Numbered from the stretch's first letter, positions 18,048 through 26,722 are shown. The stretch is DNA of 58,504 bases from Leptolyngbyaceae cyanobacterium (GCA_965263355.1 CBDHHL010000018.1:1-58504), one strand, 5' to 3'. The notes: generated by a model not told the origin, from the sequence alone. Made by a program: numbers and translations.

Positions 18048-18189
18048 GATATTAATCAGAACCCCTAGCGGTAACTACCCCGCAACTTATCAGCATCCTA
18101 GTCCCCAGCAATCCGTTCGTGAGGCCAAGGGGGACAACCCGGATGCAGTTGTTCAGCGGCGACGGACACGCACTAAGGGGAAGGCGTAG
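18034..18189 (+). CDS. Hypothetical protein
   Basis: ORF (ATG 18034 within track ORF 17989-18189). Confidence 0.5.
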   Translation: MKTVEILIRTPSGNYPATYQHPSPQQSVREAKGDNPDAVVQRRRTRTKGKA

Positions 18190-18266
18190 TGAAAAAGATT
18201 GATTACGTGATCATCTCCGCAGCGATCGCGCACATCCCCCTATGGATTCTCAGCCTTCTGGGATAA
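18189..18266 (+). CDS. 25-aa hydrophobic micropeptide MKKIDYVIISAAIAHIPLWILSLLG
   Basis: Manual translation; GTG overlaps the preceding stop. Confidence 0.4.
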   Translation: MKKIDYVIISAAIAHIPLWILSLLG

Positions 18267-18491
18267 CTCACCCAATAACCCAGGGCCGACCGGCAAGTCA
18301 AAAGCCCTGGGATGCCCCATCAATGCACACGACACGATAGGACAACTGAATCATGACACAAAAGACAGCAGCACAGATACAAGCAGAAGCCGCCGAGAAA
18401 GAGAAGCAACTAGCTGAGACTTCAGCCCAGGCAACCGAACAGGCGACTAAATACGGCATGTCTGAGGCGATGCGTCGTCACTACTCCTCCG

Positions 18492-19004
18492 ATGAGGCTA
18501 AGCAAAAGAATGGATGGTAACTCTATGCAACTCCATACATTATCCTTGGAAGACTTTACCCAGGCAAAAGCTGAAGCCGTAATCAAGTGGTGTACCGAAA
18601 ACACGGTTGATGGTTATAGCGAGCTTACCCACGGGCATTTGTACTCCCATAAGCTAAAGGGTTTCCCTAACATTCAGTTCATGGAAGGGCTTGCGGTTCC
18701 GTCGCATACAGATAACATCAAGGCACACAGGCCTATCCTGTTTCTGAATAATCCATCGGGGTATATACTTCGGTACGATTTACAGGCCAAAGCAGTCCCT
18801 TGGAAACGTGGCGACCTGGCAGTGCTTAATCTGGATGAGCCGCATCTTATAGATAGTTTAGAGGCTCAGGACGATCAGCAGCCATGGCAGGCTATCTGCT
18901 ACGGCAACCCTGAACGATTCAAAGCGGATACGTGGGGGCCTGAGGAAGTAGGGAAATATGCCATGGCCATGATGAAAGAATTTGTGGAGGCGATTATCAG
19001 ATGA
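18492..19004 (+). CDS. 2OG-Fe(II) oxygenase/cupin-like protein (start probably 18525)
   Basis: VPSHTD (HxD) and distal EPH motif. Confidence 0.55.
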   Translation: MRLSKRMDGNSMQLHTLSLEDFTQAKAEAVIKWCTENTVDGYSELTHGHLYSHKLKGFPNIQFMEGLAVPSHTDNIKAHRPILFLNNPSGYILRYDLQAKAVPWKRGDLAVLNLDEPHLIDSLEAQDDQQPWQAICYGNPERFKADTWGPEEVGKYAMAMMKEFVEAIIR

Positions 19005-19183
19005 TTTACTCTTTAAGAGAATTAGTTGAATCTCAGAACAATCAGGCAAATATAAACGGCAAATGGGTGCCCGCAAGACCTTCGAGGCTTTCAGGGTTTG
19101 AAGGATTCAAAGAACGGCTCAAAGCAGCGTTGTTAGTGCTTCGAGACAAGGCCGACGCAGTGATATGGCCTGAGGATCAGTAA
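19001..19183 (+). CDS. Conserved small phage hypothetical protein
   Basis: NGKWVPARP...RLK.A..VL..KADA..W..Q pattern. Confidence 0.65.
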   Translation: MIYSLRELVESQNNQANINGKWVPARPSRLSGFEGFKERLKAALLVLRDKADAVIWPEDQ

Positions 19184-19203
19184 GCCAAACAACCAGATAA
19201 TGC

Positions 19204-19237
19204 AAAGCCGCTAGCGTTAAGGCGTTGGCGGTTTTTC
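19204..19237. terminator. Bidirectional terminator between convergent genes
   Basis: AAAGCCGCTAGCG...CGTTGGCGGTTTTT. Confidence 0.65.
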
Positions 19238-19658
19238 AGTGCTTAGCAAGCTGCTCATATAGCTCTTGCTTTTCCTCCTCCATCTCTAGATACAGCTTGG
19301 CATCTGCGGCTGATATCTTCTGTGGGTCTGTTTCTACTAGCTTAAATCGGCCATCCATGAACATTTCGAGGGGGCGCAGGTATGTTTTACCGCTATTGTC
19401 CTGGGTGTTGCTGTAACAAACATGCGGCTTTTGGACTGCTGGCCATGCCCAGCTTTTATTGCTGCCATCCAACGCAGGAAGGATATCGTACCATTGGCCA
19501 ATTTCTGTGTGTTCTGAGGTGAAATATCTAGGTGAGTTTTCATCGCCATTGCTGCCAGCTTCAACAAGGCAAATCACCTCATACTCATGCCACTCCCCAT
19601 TACTGGGATCGTGCTTTTTATGGCGATAGATTTGGCCGGGTTTAGGATATAAGCTCAT
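19236..19658 (-). CDS. DUF1653-like protein
   Basis: PKPGQIYRHKK...YEVI...HTE...V.Y......YLRPLEMF...RF. Confidence 0.7.
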   Translation of the reverse strand: MSLYPKPGQIYRHKKHDPSNGEWHEYEVICLVEAGSNGDENSPRYFTSEHTEIGQWYDILPALDGSNKSWAWPAVQKPHVCYSNTQDNSGKTYLRPLEMFMDGRFKLVETDPQKISAADAKLYLEMEEEKQELYEQLAKH

Positions 19659-19697
19659 ACTTCCACACTCCTAAGATTCTTTCACAATCCTCTTTTC

Positions 19698-20642
19698 TCA
19701 TTTCTGTCCTGTATTAATATCGGTTATTGCAATTTTCAGATACCGATTCACTTTAGCTCTTAGTCTCCTCAGCCCAAGTAACTGAATATCACCAGCACCA
19801 TAGATGTTGTGCTTGAGAAGAAAGAACTCATGATTGGTTCCTTTCAAGACTTTATAAACTCGGTTATTCTCCACCAAGTAACCAGAACTACTTTGAGCCA
19901 ATAAAGCCATCGTATTAGGATCGGTCACTTCAGCAGCAACACGTTTCCTAGATAGCGGCTCTAACCCATGGTCTACTCTGCACTTATCAGATAGACGACG
20001 CTGGATTGTGCGATCGCTTCTCCAATCAGTTCGCTTTCTGATACCCGATATTGTTGCACCTGGTACCGTCCAGTCTCCAGACTCAAAAGCATAACGATCA
20101 ATTTGCTTGGTTGCCTTGATATCCGATTCACGCCCAGTCGATTTTACTGAGGCAATCTTTTCCCAAGGTTTCAATACAAAATGCCTAATGCTTTCGGGCA
20201 CTGATTGACTAGCTGCCCACCATGCTTGTCTCTGGCACTGTAGGGCATCTAAATGAGTAGCCAATCCTTTAGTACCAAATCGGGAGGCTATCTCCTTCAA
20301 TGGCACGTCAGCGATCGCACCCAATACATTTTTGTGCAGTCCTAAGTTCAAATTTCTACACACTTGGCGAATGCCGATCAGGCTCAGAACAATGCGGTCC
20401 CTTGCCCGGTCGTCACGATGCCATAACACGCCCTCACCTCTGGACAACCACCGATAAATAGTCGCCTGGCCATTACCAAAGAATGCTCGTAGCTGCTGAG
20501 TGGTCACACAGACCCGCCCAGAGCCACTGAGGTTTATCGCCCTGGCAAAGTACCAAAGACGGATTTCTTCACGGCCACAGTCCAATACACGGCTATGCAC
20601 ACGGGAGTAAATGCTAGGGGTTAGAGTCATACGCCCTCCCAA
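19698..20642 (-). CDS. Hypothetical basic DNA-binding protein
   Basis: Long Arg-rich ORF with HTH-like ATIYRWL and RTIQRRL segments. Confidence 0.65.
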   Translation of the reverse strand: MGGRMTLTPSIYSRVHSRVLDCGREEIRLWYFARAINLSGSGRVCVTTQQLRAFFGNGQATIYRWLSRGEGVLWHRDDRARDRIVLSLIGIRQVCRNLNLGLHKNVLGAIADVPLKEIASRFGTKGLATHLDALQCQRQAWWAASQSVPESIRHFVLKPWEKIASVKSTGRESDIKATKQIDRYAFESGDWTVPGATISGIRKRTDWRSDRTIQRRLSDKCRVDHGLEPLSRKRVAAEVTDPNTMALLAQSSSGYLVENNRVYKVLKGTNHEFFLLKHNIYGAGDIQLLGLRRLRAKVNRYLKIAITDINTGQK

Positions 20643-20915
20643 TCAACCCGTGTAGTGAGGGGCCGACTGGAAAGACACTAAAAAACCATGCATTGCCCAA
20701 AGCAAATACATGGATACTCTTGATCGATTTTTGGTATGATGGCATCATCATCGTTAGTCGATTGAGAGGGGTAAAGGTCTATCAGTCGGCTAGGGGTGAG
20801 GGCCGTTAGGGAAGAACAACGTTGGCGCGTTGCCCTTATAAAGGCTCTCTCCTCCTGCGATGAAACAATACTATCACATCCATTCGGGGATAGTAACAAT
20901 GTCATCTCATCAATA

Positions 20916-20952
20916 AACCGCCCTTAGTTAATAGCTTTGGGCGGTTTTGTTT
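20916..20952. terminator. Terminator-like hairpin
   Basis: AAACCGCCC...GGGCGGTTTTGTTT. Confidence 0.55.
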
Positions 20953-20982
20953 TGAGCGTCTGTTATGGTCCCGAGGGGCAAA

Positions 20983-21471
20983 TTACGGCAATTCGATTAT
21001 TGTTGGCTGTCGCAAGATCTCAATAGTTTTAGTTAGCGTCGTATAGGTCAGTGTGTAAATGGCATTATTCTTGCTAGCTCTGTTACCACCGACGTTAAGG
21101 ATCTCAATACCCCATTCGTCAATCCATGCAGCAACATCTTCAGGCGTGGGCTGTTTGGTAAAACGAGCATGTAGCATTGGCTTTTGCATTAATTTGGCGG
21201 TTTTGATCGCCAGCTTACTACCTGGGCTCTCAGTGTTACCAAACAAGACCGTTCCATCGGAATCTCGTATGTTCCGTATAGTCCGGATTGGATACCCAGG
21301 ATCTAAGCACTCCTTAAGCCCATACTTTTCTTCTAGCCATGGCGCTGGGCCATCTTCAGTAAGCCACTGATTAGAGCACCATCCACCAGTTTCAATTCCC
21401 TGGTCATAGGCAGCCGCCAAAGCCGCTTGGTCGGCTCCGGTTTGGCCACCGGATATTATTCGTTTCAACAT
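20983..21471 (-). CDS. SLOG-superfamily protein (cpYpsA / putative molybdenum carrier type)
   Basis: IISGGQTGADQAAL...GGW...RT..N.RDSDGT...GS...LNVGGNR.S. Confidence 0.85.
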   Translation of the reverse strand: MLKRIISGGQTGADQAALAAAYDQGIETGGWCSNQWLTEDGPAPWLEEKYGLKECLDPGYPIRTIRNIRDSDGTVLFGNTESPGSKLAIKTAKLMQKPMLHARFTKQPTPEDVAAWIDEWGIEILNVGGNRASKNNAIYTLTYTTLTKTIEILRQPTIIELP

Positions 21472-21505
21472 TTTTAGGGTTTTTGTTTTTGGATTGTTGG
21501 CGTAG

Positions 21506-21811
21506 TTAGTCTGTTAAGCCGCGCTCTAGTGCTGCGATCGCTTCTCGCATATCTTCTAAATGTAGGTCTAGATTTTCTGGCATCACTTCATCAACGGACT
21601 GGCGTAGTACTTTAACGGCTTCTAGTATTTTTCTTTTTTCGCCTTCTTTTTTGACCACTGCATCTTTAACTATTGTCTCGACCAAATTAGAAACGGTCCT
21701 ATATTCACTATCTGCCCAAGCTTTTAATTTTGGCAGCAACTCATCGTCTGCAATGAAAGATATACGCGGCTTTTGAGTGGGCACAGGGACGACCTTTAGC
21801 GACTGCATCAT
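21506..21811 (-). CDS. Ribbon-helix-helix (CopG/Arc-like) regulator
   Basis: KPRISFIADDEL..KL..WA..E.RTVSNLVE.IV. Confidence 0.8.
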   Translation of the reverse strand: MMQSLKVVPVPTQKPRISFIADDELLPKLKAWADSEYRTVSNLVETIVKDAVVKKEGEKRKILEAVKVLRQSVDEVMPENLDLHLEDMREAIAALERGLTD

Positions 21812-21854
21812 ATTAGCTCAGTGCATCAGATAAACAAACTTATGCGCAAGAGTG

Positions 21855-21882
21855 TTGCACTTACGTGCACTTATGCTATATT
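21855..21882 (+). promoter_or_regulatory. Rightward promoter overlapped by TGCACTTA direct repeats
   Basis: TTGCAC...TATATT; repeats are plausible RHH operators. Confidence 0.5.
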
Positions 21883-21885
21883 TGC

Positions 21886-21957
21886 GAGTGAAACACGAGT
21901 GAAACATGAGTGAAACGTCCCACCTGTGTACCACTGTGTTCCATCTATGTTTCACTC
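21886..21957. repeat. GAGTGAAAC repeats: three direct at 11-bp period plus an inverted copy
   Basis: 21886, 21897, 21908 direct; GTTTCACTC at 21949-21957 preceded by degenerate inverted copies. Confidence 0.85.
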
Positions 21958-21967
21958 AGGGGCTGAA

Positions 21968-22219
21968 ATGGTTGATCTAGCTGAATCTTTGGTATTGCTC
22001 ACCGCTGAGCAGGCAAGGGCTCATGTAGGGTCAACGCTCGGCGAAAAAATATCACGAACAACTTTTTACAGATGGCGTGATGCGCTCAATTTAAACCCGC
22101 CTTACTCGCTGGATGCTGTTGCTGCACTTTCCGTGTATGGCAAATGTATCAAGGCTTCTAGGCGTTCTAGTTGGGCAAAGACTAAAACAGTTCAATTACT
22201 CAGGGAAAACGGATTATGA
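21968..22219 (+). CDS. Small HTH (excisionase/MerR-like) DNA-binding protein
   Basis: ISRTTFYRWRDAL recognition helix. Confidence 0.65.
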   Translation: MVDLAESLVLLTAEQARAHVGSTLGEKISRTTFYRWRDALNLNPPYSLDAVAALSVYGKCIKASRRSSWAKTKTVQLLRENGL

Positions 22220-22671
22220 AGATTTCCGATCAAATCGAAAGCAACACAGCTGGGCAAGGCCTCAAGTCCCAAGCAACAACAGGAAAAACAGCTCCTGTTG
22301 TTGATGGGCAAGAGTTTGCGCTTACGTTCGCTAGCGAGAAAGAGGCCAACTTAGCTGCTCAATTGAAGGCTAAAACTAACGACTTGGTTGGCATCACAGG
22401 CATGATTGACAGCGCTGTAGACGCCATTGCTCAGGTTGAAGAGGACATTCTTAGCGGCAACTATCTAGAAAGAAAACTAGCCCAACGTCGCTCACAGTAT
22501 GCGTTTGGCTGTGTTCAAGACGTTGCTGTATCCACTGAATTCGAGGCTTTAACCACATTAGAAGCCATGGCTAAACCTGCCGAATTTCCATCCATTGAAT
22601 CGACTATTAAGGCTCTCAAGCCGGCTGATCGTAAGCAGCTAGATCAAGCAGTTCTTGGGCCAGCTAAGTAG
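22216..22671 (+). CDS. Hypothetical coiled-coil protein
   Basis: ATGA-coupled ORF. Confidence 0.7.
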   Translation: MKISDQIESNTAGQGLKSQATTGKTAPVVDGQEFALTFASEKEANLAAQLKAKTNDLVGITGMIDSAVDAIAQVEEDILSGNYLERKLAQRRSQYAFGCVQDVAVSTEFEALTTLEAMAKPAEFPSIESTIKALKPADRKQLDQAVLGPAK

Positions 22672-22700
22672 CAGGAAAGCTTCTAGGGGATGCCCTTAAG

Positions 22701-23288
22701 GTGCCCCCTGTTGTTTCCTGTAGCGTTTCCTGTTCTCCTACTCCTGTAATTCCTGTGAATATCCAAGAAATCTTTGAGGACCATAAACTTGAATGCCTGC
22801 TAGGTGCCATTGCGCTTTCTGCCATTGTTTTGAACCGTGGTGAGCTGCAAAAGCACCTAACTGCCAATGGCCAGCTGCGTGATGTAGTAAGTGCCAGTCA
22901 AATAGAGTTAAACAAACAATTAGCTGAATCAACTACACAGCAAAGTTTTGAAGAGCTGGCTAACCTTCGTTATGACGGTTACTGTGAGCCAGTATTCAAC
23001 CTAAATAAAGACGGCATTTATACAGCCCTAACTCTTGGCCAGCCTGTGATTAAAGGCGATGAGGCCGATAGGTTTAAGGGTAAGGATAATGTTGTCGCAC
23101 TGCTGCAGCCTGGGCATGTATTGCCGGAAGGGACGCCAGTGTGTGACGCATACGGCAATACCTCATCCCTTTCAATGGGGCCTGATGGTTTGCCAGTAGT
23201 TAAGGCGATCGCATCTACCACAGACCCACAGCGGATCCACATGTTTATTCAAAAGCATGGTGGCTCTAAAGAATTGTCAGTTTTTTAA
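22701..23288 (+). CDS. Membrane-anchored hypothetical protein
   Basis: N-terminal hydrophobic helix, coiled coil, paired Cys (RYDGYC...VCDAYGNT). Confidence 0.7.
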   Translation: MPPVVSCSVSCSPTPVIPVNIQEIFEDHKLECLLGAIALSAIVLNRGELQKHLTANGQLRDVVSASQIELNKQLAESTTQQSFEELANLRYDGYCEPVFNLNKDGIYTALTLGQPVIKGDEADRFKGKDNVVALLQPGHVLPEGTPVCDAYGNTSSLSMGPDGLPVVKAIASTTDPQRIHMFIQKHGGSKELSVF

Positions 23289-23300
23289 TGAGGTAGAGCG

Positions 23301-23957
23301 ATGAATGCACGATTAGATGATGTGAAAGATAGCTGGATTTTTAATGCAATTATCTGGGTATCAATGGCAGGTTTGCTGGTTGCGCTGTTAAAGCTGGCCA
23401 GTATGAACGTTGCACCTTACATCTGGTTTATCAAAAACTTTGGGCAAGAAACTAACCAGATGTGGTTGGATTATGTTCCTGTCTTTGGTGCCATCCATAA
23501 AGGGTTTGTTAGCACCATCCAGGGAATAGCGGGCGTTCTTCTGTGGGGCTTAGTCCAAGTTCTTCAAACCCTATGGATCCTGGTTGGCCTTGACCGCAAA
23601 GCCCATAGCAATGCATTGAAAGAGGCTAGGGCTGCTCGTGTTAGCAATCCTGATCAACAGTCATCATATGAGCGCAAGATGACACGCAGGGCTCAATCAA
23701 TCCCATTCTTTTTCGTTAAGTGGTCGGGCATTTTGGCATTAGGTGCCTATGCATTTGATGGTGTTCTAGGGCTATCAATTTTCCCACCTGCTGCGAATTT
23801 TCAAACATTCTTGTTTGCGCTGGGTTCAGGCATGACTAGCCAGATTGATGGCCAGAATGTTTTGAGTCTATTGGTGATGATGTTTAGTTTTGAAGTACTA
23901 CTGATCCCTAGTGTCGTTGTATTTCAGTGGTATTGGCACAGGCAACAGGAGGGGTAA
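23301..23957 (+). CDS. Multi-pass (about 4 TM) membrane protein
   Basis: Four hydrophobic segments. Confidence 0.75.
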   Translation: MNARLDDVKDSWIFNAIIWVSMAGLLVALLKLASMNVAPYIWFIKNFGQETNQMWLDYVPVFGAIHKGFVSTIQGIAGVLLWGLVQVLQTLWILVGLDRKAHSNALKEARAARVSNPDQQSSYERKMTRRAQSIPFFFVKWSGILALGAYAFDGVLGLSIFPPAANFQTFLFALGSGMTSQIDGQNVLSLLVMMFSFEVLLIPSVVVFQWYWHRQQEG

Positions 23958-23962
23958 TCAAA

Positions 23963-25543
23963 ATGGTTTATATCAGACCTACAGACGGTGCAGAGATAAC
24001 GCTAAGTAATAAGCAGTCAAATCTACTTGACGACCTAGAAGGTTCTGCCCTTTCTAGAACGAACGAATCGCCTACAGGTAGATTGCTGCTAGGGATTGGC
24101 GCATTTACATTAATCGTTGCACCGCTAGGGATATCCATAGCGGGTCTAGCCGCTAGTCCGTTTGTAATCAGTGCTGTTCGTAAGGCATTGCAGAACGGGC
24201 GACAAGGCGTTTACCTACGTAGGTCTGGCAACTTTGCCCACTTATTAAAAGAGTCTGAGTTAGTCCAATTAACCCAAGCTATTGGCAAAGAAAGTGTTGC
24301 TCATCAGTTAATGGAAGCCCACCAAGACGGGTTCAAGATGACCGATGCATCTAAAAAGTATTTAAAGTTAGCTGGCCATGAGACTCAAAAGCTAACACTA
24401 GAAAATCTATTTGATGGCAAATTGGAAGAGGTATCAACGATTGACGTTGAAGTGACCCCAACAGATAAGCCTAAGCCCATATCTCCTAACAAGTCATCTA
24501 AGGATGATGTTTCACCTGTAACTGACAAAGAGCTGAAAGATGCTTACAGTAAGCCAAAAAAAGAAACAGCTTTGTCTAGGCTTTTGGATAGCCCCTATCT
24601 TTCTAGGGCCATCTTTGGAGGGCAAAGGACAGGTAAATCTCAACTTGTCTCAACAGCATCGGCAGATTTAGCCGCCAATGGCGTACTAATCTTCCATATC
24701 AATCTGCTTAGCTACACCGGCAAAGGTGATGAAGACGCCCAATATACTAAGCACTGCAAGCGTTCTATTCGTGCTGATTTTTCCCATGAAACAGATTCTA
24801 ATAAGCGCATAGCCGTGGTGTCTGACTGCATCCAAATGGTGCAGGAATGGTGGGACCATGACGGTGAAGCTATCCTCATTTTTGATGAGTTTGCTTATGC
24901 TGCATCTGTGGCAGTGCCTGAGACCGCCGCATTGTTAACTCTAATCGCTGATAAATTAGCTGCTATCGCTAGCAGTGGGATGAAGCGTGAACATGCACTA
25001 TGGGCATTATCGCCTTCCATGATTGCTGGAGAACTCCAAGAGGCAGGCAAGCGAGTTAAATCATTGAAGCCTGTTTTAGTAGGCATTGCCCCTGGTCATT
25101 CTGAAGATTGGCATGGGCAATCGCTGACGTTTGACACAAGCTTGCACACAGATGTTAATCGAAACTTCGGCAACGTTATTCCTTTCCCAACAGCTGCGTT
25201 AGTCCCCGGTGAGTCACGCATTGCTTATATTGATGGCTCATGGTGTGCCCTCGGGACAGCTAAAAAAAAAGAGGAAGAAAGCACGGAGCTAGTTCAACTA
25301 CTAGCAAAAATCGCAAATGAGATAAAGAAGCAAGCATCGACAAAAGACGGTGGCCACATCACTGTGAGATCTGCTGCCCAATGCCTGCCAGGTTCAATAA
25401 GGCAAGAACATTATCCAAAAATGCCTGAGTATTGCCAAGCTTTAGCCGATATGTACCCAGAAGAATTTAAGGTATTTAGCGGCAAAGCAGGAGAACCCAG
25501 GATTGCACATCTAAAAGCGCCAACATTTGTAGAGGCCAAATGA
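23963..25543 (+). CDS. Membrane-anchored P-loop ATPase, FtsK/TraB/HerA-like, with C-terminal wHTH-like domain
   Basis: Two N-terminal TM helices; Walker A GGQRTGKS; Walker B ILIFDE; C-terminal GHITVRSAAQ segment. Confidence 0.7.
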   Translation: MVYIRPTDGAEITLSNKQSNLLDDLEGSALSRTNESPTGRLLLGIGAFTLIVAPLGISIAGLAASPFVISAVRKALQNGRQGVYLRRSGNFAHLLKESELVQLTQAIGKESVAHQLMEAHQDGFKMTDASKKYLKLAGHETQKLTLENLFDGKLEEVSTIDVEVTPTDKPKPISPNKSSKDDVSPVTDKELKDAYSKPKKETALSRLLDSPYLSRAIFGGQRTGKSQLVSTASADLAANGVLIFHINLLSYTGKGDEDAQYTKHCKRSIRADFSHETDSNKRIAVVSDCIQMVQEWWDHDGEAILIFDEFAYAASVAVPETAALLTLIADKLAAIASSGMKREHALWALSPSMIAGELQEAGKRVKSLKPVLVGIAPGHSEDWHGQSLTFDTSLHTDVNRNFGNVIPFPTAALVPGESRIAYIDGSWCALGTAKKKEEESTELVQLLAKIANEIKKQASTKDGGHITVRSAAQCLPGSIRQEHYPKMPEYCQALADMYPEEFKVFSGKAGEPRIAHLKAPTFVEAK

Positions 25544-25701
25544 ACCAAGGCACTATTCGAACAATCATCATTCTGGCCATTGCCATGGTGCTATGGCCCA
25601 CCGGAACTAAAGTTGTTTTAGCGATCGCGCTGTCTTTACTAAGCGAATCACTGAAGCTGGTTGCAGCGTTCCTTGACCAGATTATTGAGTCATTGCTATG
25701 A
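25540..25701 (+). CDS. 53-aa hydrophobic membrane protein MNQGTIRTIIILAIAMVLWP...
   Basis: Manual translation; ATGA overlaps at both ends. Confidence 0.65.
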   Translation: MNQGTIRTIIILAIAMVLWPTGTKVVLAIALSLLSESLKLVAAFLDQIIESLL

Positions 25702-26183
25702 GCCTCTCTCACCCTTCCCGTTGGTCATCGGTTCGCCTTTCCCGTCGCCATCGCTTACTTGAAGTCAGCGGCGTCTATGCGGTTATGAGCGGGGGTGAAA
25801 TCCTCTATATCGGAAGAACTAAAAATTTGAAGTCCCGATGGAAAGGCGCAGGTCATCATCGTTATTGGCTTGCTAGTCTGCGAGGAGCCCACCTGCGATA
25901 CTTCGAAACGCCAGCACACAAGAGAGTAGAAGGTGAGCTGATTAAACAGTATTCACCGCCTTGGAATTACACTAGAGTACCGATGGGAGCCGAGCAGGAT
26001 AATCCTTGGTTTGGGTATCTAGGGGCTATTCTGTGGCTAACTCATCGCTGGATAAAAATAGCTGTAGAGAAGTTGAAAGAACTATCTAAAAAAGAAAGTG
26101 ATTACTGGCTGCAAGTTGGGATGATTACTTGCTGTTTTGTGTTAGTCGGTTTGTGGCTAATGGATGCGCTGGCGTTACTATGA
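25698..26183 (+). CDS. GIY-YIG nuclease-domain protein with C-terminal TM helices
   Basis: SGVYAV...LYIGRTKNL..RW...H...E..LI..Y.PPWN. Confidence 0.8.
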   Translation: MSLSHPSRWSSVRLSRRHRLLEVSGVYAVMSGGEILYIGRTKNLKSRWKGAGHHRYWLASLRGAHLRYFETPAHKRVEGELIKQYSPPWNYTRVPMGAEQDNPWFGYLGAILWLTHRWIKIAVEKLKELSKKESDYWLQVGMITCCFVLVGLWLMDALALL

Positions 26184-26278
26184 AGTACCTCTTAATCTTT
26201 TTGCTCATCACCTACGCTCCCCAGCAGCCCAGCGATAACCCACGCAGGCCACCAACCGGGGCACCGTTAATTAGCTGA
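26180..26278 (+). CDS. 32-aa peptide with signal-like N-terminus MKYLLIFLLITYAPQQPSDNPRRPPTGAPLIS
   Basis: Manual translation; ATGA overlap with the GIY-YIG stop. Confidence 0.45.
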   Translation: MKYLLIFLLITYAPQQPSDNPRRPPTGAPLIS

Positions 26279-26297
26279 AATCGTGATACAGTTTTTC

Positions 26298-26366
26298 CGA
26301 GTGCTTTCGTTGACACTCCCCAAATGCATTAGATCGCTTCCGGAATCCTGGGGGCGATTTTTGTTT
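26298..26366 (+). ncRNA. Candidate sRNA 1
   Basis: Extended -10 TGaTACAGT (26284-26292); GAGTG/CACTC hairpin; terminator ATCGCTTCC/GGGGGCGAT plus T-tract. Confidence 0.45.
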
Positions 26367-26377
26367 TATACTTTATC

Positions 26378-26456
26378 GAGCACTGACGGAGTGCTTTTGG
26401 TAGATGCTCTAATCCTGACTCAAGGCTACATCCGGGAAGGTGTAGCCTTCTTTTTT
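26378..26456 (+). ncRNA. Candidate sRNA 2
   Basis: -10 TATACT (26367-26372); AGCACT/AGTGCT hairpin; terminator AAGGCTACA/TGTAGCCTT plus T6. Confidence 0.55.
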
Positions 26457-26470
26457 GGCTATACTGTTGG

Positions 26471-26561
26471 GGTACAAGATTTTGTAAGGGGTGAGTATAG
26501 GTTTTGGCCTGTGCTCAATCATGGAACAGCCCGCGATCGCTTCGGTGATTGCGGGTTTTTT
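26471..26561 (+). ncRNA. Candidate sRNA 3
   Basis: -10 TATACT (26460-26465); GAGTATAGG/CCTGTGCTC hairpin; terminator CCCGCGATCGC-TTCG-GTGATTGCGGG plus T6. Confidence 0.55.
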
Positions 26562-26569
26562 GTTGGCAT

Positions 26570-26641
26570 AAAGAAACCCCACACCGGAAGAAGTGCAGGG
26601 TGAAAATCGTGTTCGCTCTCTGGTGTCTGAAGCCAAAGAAC
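26570..26641 (-). ncRNA. Candidate sRNA 4, convergent with sRNA 3
   Basis: -10 TATGAT (26653-26648); GTTCTTTGG/CCAGAGAGC hairpin; terminator ACCCTGCAC/GTGTGGGGT plus TTCTTT. Confidence 0.45.
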
Positions 26642-26722
26642 AAGACCATCATAGCCAAGGTGTGTTGGTGCGGATCTCATGTGTGGTGGTTATTATTGAG
26701 GCATCCTGAACGTTGCTGAGTT

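Noticed and set aside
18279..18312. c-di-GMP riboswitch
   Set aside because: Simple hairpin (CCCAGGGC/GCCCTGGG) lacking the GEMM two-stem tetraloop/receptor consensus
25698..26183. Intron-encoded homing endonuclease
   Set aside because: Translationally coupled within an operon, has TM helices, and no interrupted gene flanks it
26283..26636. Track ORFs 26283-26603 (+) and 26409-26636 (-) as proteins
   Set aside because: No RBS, atypical composition, and they run through several terminator hairpins
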